Positions 35,676 to 45,127 of a stretch of DNA of 64,000 nucleotides are shown here, piece after piece. The stretch is from NCBI GenBank assembly GCA_013695465.1, contig JACDAL010000022.1, forward strand, positions 451-64,450, written 5' to 3'. Each line of letters opens with the position of its first letter. The first letter of the stretch is position 1. The position numbers and the translations under genes are program-made. This DNA comes from Actinomycetota bacterium (GTDB taxonomy: Bacteria; Actinomycetota; CADDZG01; WHSQ01). The notes under the pieces are model-generated. The model saw only the letters and a list, made by a program, of their open reading frames with translations, ran no database searches and was not told where the DNA came from.

Positions 35676-35785
35676 ATGAGAGGGTGATCTGGCTCGCCCG
35701 CTCTCGCGGGCCTACAGTTGCGGGACAGCGCCGGACTCTGACCGGACTTCCCCCTCCACAACGCGCCCCCACCTTACCGCCATAT
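35676..35785 (-). promoter_or_regulatory. cobalamin riboswitch (compact form) in the leader of the 35588..30193 operon
   Basis: The minus strand reads GGTAAGGTGGGGGCGCGTTGTGGAGGGGGAAGTCCGGTCAGAGTCCGGCGCTGTCCCGCAACTGTAGGCCCGCGAGAGCGGGCGAGCCAGATCACCCTC. The core GGGAA.TCCGGT.A.AGTCCGG.GC.GTCCCGC.ACTGTA and a B12-box-like GAGCCAGATCACC match my memory of the RF00174 consensus. A GAAAGGAG RBS precedes the ATG at 35588. Confidence 0.7.
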
Positions 35786-35813
35786 GGTCATCCGACGACA
35801 CCCACGACCGGAG

Positions 35814-36329
35814 CTACGGGCGCAGGTAACCGTCAGAGAGGAACCGGCGCAGCCGTCCCTCGCTGCCGAGGCGAAAGGCGACGTAGAACCACGCCAAACA
35901 GGCGGCCCCTACCGCCTCTGCGCCCCAGGTGCTGAGGTGGGACAGAGGGCTCGTGAGAAGGTCCCAGGAGTAGGGCTCGGCGGGCGAGGAGGAGAAAGCA
36001 GAGCCGAACGCCGGCCACAGAAATGTCTGCGGCGAGTTCCACATCCCGTCGCCCACCAGATGCAGGAGCCAGCCGACCGCAAGTCCGAACGCCGCCAAGC
36101 GTCGTTTTCCCGAAGTGAGGACCAAAATCGCGATCGCCACCGCGACGACGGCCAGGAGGGAATGTGCGAGATAGCGCCCGGAGGAGTTATCCGGCACTGC
36201 GAGGCGCAGCACTCCGTCGACGAAGTCGGGTGCGATCGCCCCCGCCAGCACGAAGCGATAGTCGATGCGCCGCCGCCCCAGGCTCACGTAGGTGATCACC
36301 GCCGCCACACCCAGGTGCCACAGCAGCAC
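35814..36329 (-). CDS. YdjM/DUF457-like membrane-bound metal-dependent hydrolase
   Basis: This is the C-terminal 171 aa of track ORF 35814..36998. The GTG at 36329 shares one nucleotide with the RNase H stop. LLWHLGVAAV...YLAHSLLAVVAVAIAIL...GWLLHLVGDGMW. Confidence 0.55.
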   Translation of the reverse strand: MLLWHLGVAAVITYVSLGRRRIDYRFVLAGAIAPDFVDGVLRLAVPDNSSGRYLAHSLLAVVAVAIAILVLTSGKRRLAAFGLAVGWLLHLVGDGMWNSPQTFLWPAFGSAFSSSPAEPYSWDLLTSPLSHLSTWGAEAVGAACLAWFYVAFRLGSEGRLRRFLSDGYLRP

Positions 36330-36772
36330 TAGAGGATCTGGGATTGATGCGGAGCACTGCCCGGCTCCGTCACCGAGACGGAGTCCATTCCCACGTTGGC
36401 GAGACGGTCGGCGCGCGCATTCTCGAGACGCGGCACCTGAGAGATGCAGACCTGCCCGAAGCGATCCAACAGCGAGCGTGCTCTCAGAGCCAGAGATCTG
36501 AGCGCGTCGCTCTTGATCTTCCACCGTCCCTGCACCTGCATTGCAACGAGCTTCGAGTCGATCCGAACTTCGAGCTCGGTGCAGCCGCGCTCGAGAGCAA
36601 GCTCGAGGCCGGCTATGAGCGCGCGATACTCCGCCACATTGTTTGTCGCGTGCCCGATTCCCTCGGCCATCTCCGCCACGATCCCGCCGTCGCCGTCCTC
36701 GAGCACCACTCCGATACCCGCAGGCCCGGGATTGCCCCGCGCTCCACCGTCCGTGTAGAGAACAGACCTCAT
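36329..36772 (-). CDS. rnhA: ribonuclease H (RNase HI family)
   Basis: LYTDGGARGNPGPAGIGVVL...TNNVAEYRALIAGLELA...SKLVAMQ...ENARADRLAN. The ATG at 36772 overlaps the upstream stop (ATGA). Confidence 0.85.
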   Translation of the reverse strand: MRSVLYTDGGARGNPGPAGIGVVLEDGDGGIVAEMAEGIGHATNNVAEYRALIAGLELALERGCTELEVRIDSKLVAMQVQGRWKIKSDALRSLALRARSLLDRFGQVCISQVPRLENARADRLANVGMDSVSVTEPGSAPHQSQIL

Positions 36773-37497
36773 GGGACCACGAGAATGCGCCGGCAGTTGT
36801 CGCAACGCTGCAGGCCACCCTCGGCACGAAGGCGCTCGACCTCTCGCGCCGGTAGCTTCGTATGACACCCCTGACAGGTATCCCGCTCCAGGGCGGCTGC
36901 ACCAACGCCCCCCTTCGCGGAGCGGATCTTCTCGTAGAGCGCGACAAGCTCTTCTGACAGCCTGCTCTTGAGCTCGTCCCGCGCTTGCTGATGCGCACTC
37001 AAGTCGGCTTCGATCTCTCCCGACAAGCGCGCCACCTCCGAGCTCAGCTCCGAAACCGAAGACGACAGCTCATTGCGCTCCGAGCTCAAAGACTGAAGGG
37101 TGGAGACGGCAGCATCCCGCGCCACCATTGTCTCCAACAGCTCGTCTTCGAGGCCGCCCCGCCGACGCGTCAGCATCTCCACCTCGGCCTGCAGGTTCGA
37201 AAGCTCCTTGGGGTTCGAGACCTGCCCCGAGTACATCCGCTGCTGCTCTCGTTGCAGCTTTTGCTCCAGCACGGAGATCTCCCCCTCGAGCCGATCCTGA
37301 ATGCGCGCGACATCGTCTCTGTTGCGTGCGGCCATGTCTGCATCGGAGGAGAGCTCCTCCAGTTGGTGCTCGAGCTTCTCGAGCCTGGCTCTCTCGGGTA
37401 GCTGCTCGAGGCGCCTGCGGCTCCTGTCCAGGGAGCTGTCCTCGCTCTGGAGTTGGAGCAGGCGCTCGAGGGCTAAGGCGTCGGCGCGGATCGGCAT
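36769..37497 (-). CDS. COG1579/DUF164-type coiled-coil protein with C-terminal C4 zinc ribbon
   Basis: 242 aa, with a long coiled coil and C-terminal CQGCHTKLP...RCDNCRRIL. The gene order with RNase H is the conserved actinobacterial arrangement. Confidence 0.8.
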   Translation of the reverse strand: MPIRADALALERLLQLQSEDSSLDRSRRRLEQLPERARLEKLEHQLEELSSDADMAARNRDDVARIQDRLEGEISVLEQKLQREQQRMYSGQVSNPKELSNLQAEVEMLTRRRGGLEDELLETMVARDAAVSTLQSLSSERNELSSSVSELSSEVARLSGEIEADLSAHQQARDELKSRLSEELVALYEKIRSAKGGVGAAALERDTCQGCHTKLPAREVERLRAEGGLQRCDNCRRILVVP

Positions 37498-37632
37498 CTG
37501 TAGAGAATCTAGCAGCCGCTTACCACTAGCGCCGAGAAGGGTAGAGGATAGGCAGCGCGGCCGACTGCGAGTGTCAGTGGCGCAGTCGAACTTCGGGGCG
37601 GCGGCGATAGTGAGACGGGAGCTAATAGAGGG

Positions 37633-38187
37633 ATGGCCAGAGCCGACGCAGAGAACGAGCTTCTGCGCGCTGTGGCCCGCGGCGACCCCGACGCTCTGGG
37701 AGAGCTGTACCGGGCTTTCGAAAGGCCCCTTTACTCCGTCGGCATGAGATGGCTGTCGGATCCCAAGCTGGCAGAGGAGCTAGTGCAAGAGGTCACTTTT
37801 CGGATATGGAGACGGGCGACCACCTTCGATGGGCGCCGCGGCGCGGCATCGTCGTGGATCTTTGGCATCGCTCGCAATGTCGCCGCCGACCTCGCGCGCG
37901 AGCGCGCCCGCCGGCCCATAGCGGTGGCGGATCCCCCGCGCGTACAGGAGACATTGGATGAAGAAAAGGCCTGGGAGGCGTGGCAGGTTTCCCTCGAGCT
38001 GAAGCGGCTGCCCCGGCAACAGCAAGAGATCATCGAGCTCGCCTATGGGCGGGACATGACTCAGGCGGAAGTCGCCCGCACGCTCGGGATCCCACTCGGC
38101 ACTGTGAAGACCCGCCTCTATGCGGGACTCAAGAGCCTGCGCCGCAGCCTCGTCGAACGAGGTGTGGTGGAGGAGAGCAGTCGATGA
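37633..38187 (+). CDS. ECF (group 4) RNA polymerase sigma factor
   Basis: Region 2 is LVQEVTFRIWRRATTFD...SSWIFGIARN. Region 4 is LPRQQQEIIELAYGRDMTQAEVARTLGIPLGTVKTRLYAGLKSLR. Confidence 0.9.
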   Translation: MARADAENELLRAVARGDPDALGELYRAFERPLYSVGMRWLSDPKLAEELVQEVTFRIWRRATTFDGRRGAASSWIFGIARNVAADLARERARRPIAVADPPRVQETLDEEKAWEAWQVSLELKRLPRQQQEIIELAYGRDMTQAEVARTLGIPLGTVKTRLYAGLKSLRRSLVERGVVEESSR

Positions 38188-38951
38188 AACGCTGCAGCGA
38201 GGTCCGCCTCGATCTTCCCGCCTACCTCTCGAGTGAGCTCGACCACGCTTCGGCGGCCGCTTTGGACGAGCACCTTGCGGCCTGCGGGGCCTGCCTCGGC
38301 GACCTCTCGGAGCTAGACCTGGTGACCGCGGTGCTCTCCCATTCCGGCCTCGAGCACAGGCCCCCCGGCCATCTCGAGCTCGAAGTGCTCACCCTGGTCA
38401 CCCTCGAGCCCGACCCGGCCGGCCGCGAGGGCTCGTCGACCAAGGACCTCTCGCGCGCATCCAGGCTGCAGGGCAGGAGCATCCGGTTGGTGCTCGCCCC
38501 CGCGTTGGCGGCGGCCGCCGTGACCCTGGCGGCGTTCGGAATGGCGTGGCGCTCCGATCTCTCCAATGCCAGAGACCGAATCCAAGCCATGCAGCAGCAG
38601 CTGGGGCCGACCGGTGCGCCGGTGCGGGCGATCTCCTTCGTCGAGTCGGGTTCCACGGGCGTTTCGGCCCGCGGTGAGCTCGTGCGGCAACCGGACGGCA
38701 ACCACCGCATCGTGGTGTGGGCCAAGGGGCTGCCCCACACTCCGGCCGGCCACCACTACGAAGTCTGGCTGTCGGGGGAGCAGGGTTGGGTCTCGGCGGG
38801 CTCCTTTCAGGTTTCGGACGGGGACTCGATGATGTGGAGCTGTCCCGTCGGGGTGTCCCCGGCCGCCTATCCGGAGGTATGGATAACCCTCGAGCCCGAC
38901 GACGGCGACCCGCGCCGCACGGGGCCCTCAGTGCTTCGGGCGTCGCTCTAG
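38184..38951 (+). CDS. anti-sigma factor (zf-HC2 N-terminus, RskA-like extracytoplasmic C-terminus)
   Basis: The ATG overlaps the sigma stop (ATGA). H-x3-C-x2-C appears in LDEHLAACGAC. There is one TM helix (LVLAPALAAAAVTLAAF). C-terminus HYEVWL...GSF...ITLEP. Confidence 0.8.
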   Translation: MKRCSEVRLDLPAYLSSELDHASAAALDEHLAACGACLGDLSELDLVTAVLSHSGLEHRPPGHLELEVLTLVTLEPDPAGREGSSTKDLSRASRLQGRSIRLVLAPALAAAAVTLAAFGMAWRSDLSNARDRIQAMQQQLGPTGAPVRAISFVESGSTGVSARGELVRQPDGNHRIVVWAKGLPHTPAGHHYEVWLSGEQGWVSAGSFQVSDGDSMMWSCPVGVSPAAYPEVWITLEPDDGDPRRTGPSVLRASL

Positions 38952-39096
38952 GGAGTCCCAAATTGCTGAGTGGTGGAAAAAAGGTTGCAGAGTAGCCACC
39001 AATTGCCACCGGCGGGGTAGGGGGCCTCGGCTGCGGTGGGGCGGCGCTGCAGAGATTGCGGATACGCCGAAGTGAGCCAACGCCGATAACTTCCTC

Positions 39097-40431
39097 ATGG
39101 CACCCAATACGCTGCTGAAGGGCTTCTCTTCCGACAAAGCTCGCGCTCAGCGGGTTACCGCAGCCGCCTCTCCTCGGGGAAGCTGGCTGGATCGTTGGCT
39201 GGAAACGGTCTCCGATCTAGCACGGCTCAAGGAGCGTCACCCGATGCTCGATGCGGTCATCGACGAGATCGACGGCCGCAGGATTCGCATCGGCGATCAC
39301 TGGCTCTATGACTTCGCATCCTGCAACTACCTCGGCCTCGACCTCGACGACACGGTGATCCAATCCGTGCTCCCCTATCTCGAAAAGTGGGGCACACACC
39401 CGAGCTGGTCCCGTCTGCTCGGCAGTCCCGTGATCTACGAGGAGATCGAGGCTAAGCTCACCAAGCTTCTGGGCGCCGAAGACGTGCTCGCCCTGCCGAC
39501 CATTACCCACATCCATATGTCGGTCATACCGATCCTTGCCGGGTCGGGCACGATCTTTCTCGACGGCCGCGCCCACAAGACGATCTATGACGGTTGTCAA
39601 GTCGCCCGCCATCACGGCGCCAAGGTGAAGAAGTTCCGCCACGACGATCCAGACCACCTACAGGAACTAATGTCTGCCGACGGCTCCAAGACCAAGCTCA
39701 TCTGCATGGACGGAGTCAACAGCATGACCGGCAACGCCCCCGACCTGCGGCAATTCGCAAGCATCGCCCGCGACCATGGCGCTCTGCTCTACATCGACGA
39801 CGCTCATGGTTTTGGGGTGATCGGGGAGCGCGGTTCCGGCGAGCTCTGCGACTACGGCATGCGCGGCAACGGCATCGTCAAGCATTTCGGCGAGAGCTAT
39901 GAGAACGTCGTTCTGGTCGCCGGCCTCTCGAAGTCGTTCTCGTCCCTACTTGCCTTCATCGCCTGTCCCACCCAGCTGAAGGACATGCTCAAGATAGCAG
40001 CGCCGCCCTACCTCTACTCGGGCCCCTCCCCCATCGCCTCGCTTGCTACCACGCTCGCCGGTCTCGAGGTCAACGAAGTCCGAGGTGACCAGCTCCGTGC
40101 GGACCTTCATCGCAAGACCAACACCGTGCTCACCTGCCTGGAGAAGCTCGGCATCGCGACCCCGAATCGGTCCGGTTTTCCTATAGTCGAGATCCCCCTT
40201 GCCGATCATCAAGACGTGGATGAAGTCGGCGGATACCTGTTCAAGCGAGGGATATACGCAACCCTGGCCGCCTATCCATTGGTCCCCAAGAACGAGGTCG
40301 GATTCCGCATCCAGGTGACGGCAGCTAACAAAGACGATCAAATCGCACATCTGGTCACCGTGCTCGAGGAGGTTGCGGACAAGTTCACCTTGCAGAACCC
40401 CTCGAAAGTCGCTCGCTGGTCGGGAGGCTAG
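39097..40431 (+). CDS. alpha-oxoamine synthase family PLP enzyme (AONS/KBL/SPT/CqsA superfamily), divergent
   Basis: FASCNYLGL...DDAHGFGVIGERG...AGLSKSFSS (PLP Lys). The start is uncertain (39097, or Met at about 39244). No bioA/B/D genes are nearby. Confidence 0.8.
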   Translation: MAPNTLLKGFSSDKARAQRVTAAASPRGSWLDRWLETVSDLARLKERHPMLDAVIDEIDGRRIRIGDHWLYDFASCNYLGLDLDDTVIQSVLPYLEKWGTHPSWSRLLGSPVIYEEIEAKLTKLLGAEDVLALPTITHIHMSVIPILAGSGTIFLDGRAHKTIYDGCQVARHHGAKVKKFRHDDPDHLQELMSADGSKTKLICMDGVNSMTGNAPDLRQFASIARDHGALLYIDDAHGFGVIGERGSGELCDYGMRGNGIVKHFGESYENVVLVAGLSKSFSSLLAFIACPTQLKDMLKIAAPPYLYSGPSPIASLATTLAGLEVNEVRGDQLRADLHRKTNTVLTCLEKLGIATPNRSGFPIVEIPLADHQDVDEVGGYLFKRGIYATLAAYPLVPKNEVGFRIQVTAANKDDQIAHLVTVLEEVADKFTLQNPSKVARWSGG

Positions 40432-40466
40432 GCCAATGAGCGTCCCCAACAACCGAGGATTCTAGA

Positions 40467-43400
40467 GTGAAGTCGCCGTCGCAACGAGCCTGGCAGCTCT
40501 ACATTCTGCTGGGAGCCGCACTCACCCTCGCCTACTACTTCGCGCCCGGGCTCAAGGGCAACGGAGTGCTGTTCAACCTCATTGGGATCTCATCGGCGGT
40601 CGCAATCTTCGTGGGAATAAGGCTGCACAAGCCCTCCTGCAAGCTGGCCTGGAACCTGTTCGCACTCGGCCAACTCCTATTCGTCTCCGGGGACGCCTTC
40701 TACTACGGCTATCAGGCACTTTCCGAGACCGACGTCCCCTTCCCGTCGGTTGGGGACTTCTTTTACCTGAGCGTCTACCCCGCTCTCATTGCCGGGCTGC
40801 TGGTCTTGATTCACCGGCGCAACCCGGACGGCGACCGCCCCAGCCTGATCGATGCCCTCATCGTCACCACCGGCGTGGGTCTGTTGGCGTGGGTCTTCCT
40901 GATGGCTCCTTATGCGCACGATGCATCGCTGCCGCTGATCCAGAAGATGGTCTTGATCGCTTATCCCGCCATGGACGTGTGTCTGCTCGCGGTTGCGATC
41001 CGCTTGTCCGTCGATTCGGCGGAAAGGCGGCCGGCGCTCTATCTGCTGGGCATCAGCGCCCTCTCGCTGCTGGCGGCCGATGCCGCGCTCGGCATCGTAT
41101 CGCTGGAGGCTCCCTACGTGGAGGGCGGGATCCTCGACGTCGGATGGGCCGCCTATTACATCTTCTGGGGCGCAGCGGCTCTGCACCCGTCCATGCGCAT
41201 GTTGGAGCGACCGGCCCCGTTCCGTTCGACCACCGTATCGAGATCCAGGATGTTTCTTTTGACCGGGGCCTCGCTGATGGCGCCAGCGGTGCAGGCAATT
41301 CAGCTCTTGCGCGGCGAACCCATCGAGCTTCCGGTGATGATCGCCGGGTCGGCGGCCCTGTTCCTGCTGGTCGTGGCCCGGATGTCTGGTTTGCTGCGCG
41401 AGCACGAGCGTTCGGCCAAGCGTGAGCGCGGGCTGCGCGAAGCCGGTGGTGCCCTGGTGGCGGCCTCCACTCGAGAAGAGGTCTATGAGGCCGCGCTCGA
41501 CGCGATGATGACCCTCGCCGAGGGCCAGCGCCATGCCTTGCTGGCGCTGTTCTCCGATTCCGGCAAGCTGTGCATCGTCGCGGCCCAAGAGTCGCACTCT
41601 TCACGCACCCTGGAAGAGTGGGTGCTGCTCGAGTCGGAAGTGGACGACCTGTTCTGGCCGACGGGCGAGGTCCGGCGCGTCCAACCCCTGGATGCTGGAC
41701 GAGCGAGCCCTGTTCTCAGACTGCCCCACGGAGTCCCGCACGTATTCTCTTTCCCCCTGTTCCTGCGCGAGACGGTTCTGGGTTTCGTGTTCGTGGCCGG
41801 CACCTCGGACCTGGCACGCGCGTCATCGGACGCGCTGCGCACGCTGGCGGCCAACGTTGCACTCTCTCTCGAGAGCGTGACCCTTTCGGAAGACCTGCAT
41901 CGCCGCCGCTCCGAGGCGCGCTTTAGCTCGCTGGTACAGCATTCATCCGACCTCATCACCGTCATCGAAGCCGACTCCACGATCACCTACCAGTCTCCGG
42001 CCGTAGAACGAGTGCTCGGCTACGGGCGTAGCGAGCTCGCCGGCTCCAAGCTCGTCGCCTTGATGGATTCGCACGACGCACAAAGCCTGCTAAACCTGGT
42101 TTCGGCCCACTACGACTCGAATCCCGAAGCAGTCGAGTGTCGGCTGCGCCACGCGAATGGAAACTGGATTCATTTCGAGGTCCTGAGCACCAACCTCCTG
42201 GCCGACCCCAACGTCGAGGGAATCGTGCTCAACGCACGCGACATCAGCGAAAGAAAGGCGCTCGAGAAGGAGCTTACCCACCAGGCTTTTCACGATGCCG
42301 TCACAGGACTCGCCAACCGCGCCCTGTTCACCGATCGCGTTAATCATGGGCTCGCCCGGCAGGTACGCGATTCGATGGGGCTGGCCGTACTGTTCGTCGA
42401 CCTTGATGACTTCAAGACGATCAACGACAGTCTCGGCCATGCGTACGGAGACGAGGTTCTCAGGATCGTCGCACGGCGGCTGCAGGATTCGGTGCGCCCC
42501 ATGGATACTGTGGCGCGCTTCGGCGGCGACGAGTTTGCGATCCTGCTCGAGGACGTGGAGCGACCCGATTATGTCGCAGAGGTCGCCGACAGGATACTCA
42601 CGACCCTTGCCACCACCTTCACCGTCGAGGACAGGGAGCTCTTCGTGAGCGCCAGCATCGGCATCGCAATCCTCGAAGGCGCGGAAGCCATGACCACGCA
42701 GGCCGACGACGTCGTGCGTAACGCAGACGTGGCAATGTACCTTGCCAAACGCGATGGAAAGGGCGCCTACAGGGTGTTCGAGCCATCGATGCACGAAGAT
42801 GTCCTGGACCGGCTCCAGCTCAAGGGCGAGCTGCAGCGGGCGATCGAGCACCATCAGCTCGACCTCAACTTCCAGCCGATCGTGGAGTTGGAAGACGGGC
42901 GCGTCAGCGGCGTCGAAGCACTCGTTCGATGGCACCATCCCGAGCGCGGTCTGATAGGCCCGGATCAGTTCATCTCTCTAGCCGAAGAGTCGGGCCTTAT
43001 CGTTCCCCTGGGGAGATGGGTGCTCCGAGAGGCCTGCAGCAGAGCACGACTTCTCCAGATCAGACGCCCGGACATGGCAAATCTCGGCATGAGCGTGAAT
43101 CTCTCCGCCAAACAGATACAGCAGCCCGACCTGATAGATGACGTGAGGGAAGCGCTTGCCGATTCGGGGCTCGACCCCCGCTGCCTGACTCTGGAGATCA
43201 CAGAAAGCATGCTGATGATCGACACGGATAGCACCATCGCCAAGCTGAACGCGCTCAAGGATTTGGGGGTCAAGCTTGCCGTCGACGACTTCGGGACCGG
43301 CTACTCCTCTCTGAGCTATCTCAGCCGCTTCCCGGTCGACATCCTGAAGATCGACCGCTCCTTCATCAATCGAGTCAACGAGGGGGCCGAGGAGTCCGCG

Positions 43401-43613
43401 CTTGCCGCCGCCATAGTGAAGCTGAGCGAGGCGCTGGATCTTCATACCGTTGCAGAAGGCATCGAGGAGCCAGGCCAGATGGACCGTCTGATGCAGCTCG
43501 GCTGCGCCTCCGGCCAGGGCTTCCTCTTCGCCAAGCCCATGCACATCGACGCGCTGTTGGACTGGCTCGAAACCGCCGACGAACGCAGCACGGTTACCGC
43601 GCCGAGCCGCTAG
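40467..43613 (+). CDS. polytopic membrane sensor with GAF-like, PAS, GGDEF and EAL domains (c-di-GMP turnover)
   Basis: 1048 aa, GTG start. The N-terminus has about 9 TM helices. PAS (FSSLVQHSSDLITVIEADSTITYQSPA), GGDEF (RFGGDEFAILL), EAL (VEALVRWHHPERG ... DDFGTGYSSLSYL). Confidence 0.9.
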   Translation: MKSPSQRAWQLYILLGAALTLAYYFAPGLKGNGVLFNLIGISSAVAIFVGIRLHKPSCKLAWNLFALGQLLFVSGDAFYYGYQALSETDVPFPSVGDFFYLSVYPALIAGLLVLIHRRNPDGDRPSLIDALIVTTGVGLLAWVFLMAPYAHDASLPLIQKMVLIAYPAMDVCLLAVAIRLSVDSAERRPALYLLGISALSLLAADAALGIVSLEAPYVEGGILDVGWAAYYIFWGAAALHPSMRMLERPAPFRSTTVSRSRMFLLTGASLMAPAVQAIQLLRGEPIELPVMIAGSAALFLLVVARMSGLLREHERSAKRERGLREAGGALVAASTREEVYEAALDAMMTLAEGQRHALLALFSDSGKLCIVAAQESHSSRTLEEWVLLESEVDDLFWPTGEVRRVQPLDAGRASPVLRLPHGVPHVFSFPLFLRETVLGFVFVAGTSDLARASSDALRTLAANVALSLESVTLSEDLHRRRSEARFSSLVQHSSDLITVIEADSTITYQSPAVERVLGYGRSELAGSKLVALMDSHDAQSLLNLVSAHYDSNPEAVECRLRHANGNWIHFEVLSTNLLADPNVEGIVLNARDISERKALEKELTHQAFHDAVTGLANRALFTDRVNHGLARQVRDSMGLAVLFVDLDDFKTINDSLGHAYGDEVLRIVARRLQDSVRPMDTVARFGGDEFAILLEDVERPDYVAEVADRILTTLATTFTVEDRELFVSASIGIAILEGAEAMTTQADDVVRNADVAMYLAKRDGKGAYRVFEPSMHEDVLDRLQLKGELQRAIEHHQLDLNFQPIVELEDGRVSGVEALVRWHHPERGLIGPDQFISLAEESGLIVPLGRWVLREACSRARLLQIRRPDMANLGMSVNLSAKQIQQPDLIDDVREALADSGLDPRCLTLEITESMLMIDTDSTIAKLNALKDLGVKLAVDDFGTGYSSLSYLSRFPVDILKIDRSFINRVNEGAEESALAAAIVKLSEALDLHTVAEGIEEPGQMDRLMQLGCASGQGFLFAKPMHIDALLDWLETADERSTVTAPSR

Positions 43614-43614
43614 C

Positions 43615-44922
43615 ATGCACAGCTACGAGGCCCTTGACCGCTCGGGGGGGTTCGCCCGGCGCGGACTACTGGAACCTTTCAGGGGCCGGGACTTTCGCCT
43701 CCTGTGGAGCGGAATGGCAGTTTCGCTCACGGGCGATGGAATATTCCTTGTCGCTCTGGCGTGGCAGGCATACGCGTTGTCGAACGTTCCCACCGCCTTC
43801 TCACTTGTCGGGCTGGCGCTGTCGGTGCCTCACATCGCCCTGCTCCTCGTCGGAGGCGTGATAGCCGATCGCTTCCCCCGCCGGCGGGTGATGCTTGCTT
43901 CCGACGTGGTGAGAGGGATCGCAGTCGCTGCCATGGCCGTGCTGGCACTCACCGGACGGCTCGAGCTCTTCCATCTCGCCGCATTGGCGGCCGTTTACGG
44001 GGCCGGCATGGCCTTCTTCGGTCCTGCATTCGACGCCATCGTGGTGGACGTCGTGGCCGAGGATCTCTATCCCCAGGCCAATTCGTTGGATCAGCTCGTC
44101 AAGCCCCTGGCATTGAGGATGATCGGACCCGCAGTGGGCGGCTGGATCATCGGAGCCTGGGGACCGGGGGCGGCGTTCTTCGTCGACGCCGGGACTTTCG
44201 CCGTCTCGGCGGCGTGTCTTTGTGCGATGTCGGTGGGGGGCCGGGGAGCAGCGGGGGTGGGCCTCGGCTCCCTCAAGAGCGAGCTCGTGGCCGGATTCGC
44301 CTTCGTGCGTTCCCGCGTGTGGCTCTGGGGCACCTTCGGCGCGGCGGCACTCGCCTATCTCCTGTTCATGGGACCGGCCGAAGCGCTCGTGCCGTTCGTG
44401 GTCAAGAACGAATTAGGGGGCGATGCCTCCGACCTGGGGCTGGTCTACGCGCTCGGGGGCGCCGGCTCGATCTGCGCGGCCCTCGCCTTCGGCCGGTGGG
44501 GCGTCCCCAAGCGGCCCATAACCTTCATGTACCTCGCCTGGACCCTGGCCACCCTCGCGGTTGCCGGCTACGGGGTAGCCGGCACGATGTGGCAGCTGGT
44601 GGCCGCCAGCGTCTGCTTCCACGCCCTGGAGACGGCGGGCACTATCGCCTGGATGACCCTCAAGCAGAAGCACATTCCCGGGGCGCTTCTGGGGCGGGTG
44701 TCCAGTCTGGACTGGCTCATCTCGACCGCCCTGTTGCCGTTGTCCTTTGCCCTCTGCGGGCCGGTGGCCGTCGCGATCGGCGCCGGCACCACTCTGGTGG
44801 TGGCGGGGCTGACGGGGGCCGTGATCACGTTTGCGGCGTTGTTCCTCCCCGGCATGCGGCTGCCCGAGCAGGCACCCGGCGCCCCGAGCTCCCGCGAGCC
44901 GGCGATGACCGCTTCAGGCTGA
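43615..44922 (+). CDS. MFS transporter (EntS/MFS_3-like exporter)
   Basis: 435 aa, about 12 TM helices. FRLLWSGMAVSLTGDGIFLVALAW...GGVIADRFPRRRVM. It starts 1 nt after the stop of the GGDEF-EAL gene. Confidence 0.85.
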   Translation: MHSYEALDRSGGFARRGLLEPFRGRDFRLLWSGMAVSLTGDGIFLVALAWQAYALSNVPTAFSLVGLALSVPHIALLLVGGVIADRFPRRRVMLASDVVRGIAVAAMAVLALTGRLELFHLAALAAVYGAGMAFFGPAFDAIVVDVVAEDLYPQANSLDQLVKPLALRMIGPAVGGWIIGAWGPGAAFFVDAGTFAVSAACLCAMSVGGRGAAGVGLGSLKSELVAGFAFVRSRVWLWGTFGAAALAYLLFMGPAEALVPFVVKNELGGDASDLGLVYALGGAGSICAALAFGRWGVPKRPITFMYLAWTLATLAVAGYGVAGTMWQLVAASVCFHALETAGTIAWMTLKQKHIPGALLGRVSSLDWLISTALLPLSFALCGPVAVAIGAGTTLVVAGLTGAVITFAALFLPGMRLPEQAPGAPSSREPAMTASG

Positions 44923-45127
44923 TGAGCCGAGCCTAGTCAGATCGAGGGTTTGGGATGAAAGCGGCTATATAAGCCTGCGTCTTGTCCCGAAGTTCGCCGA
45001 CCAGCGGATAGGAACGCCTTTGACCACGGTGGGGTGGTGGCTGGCAGGGCTGGGAAACCGGCTGCCCGAGCACCAGCCGGGGCCGGGGTCCCGGCGCCCC
45101 ATTCCCGCCCCTTTATCCTCGGCCCCC

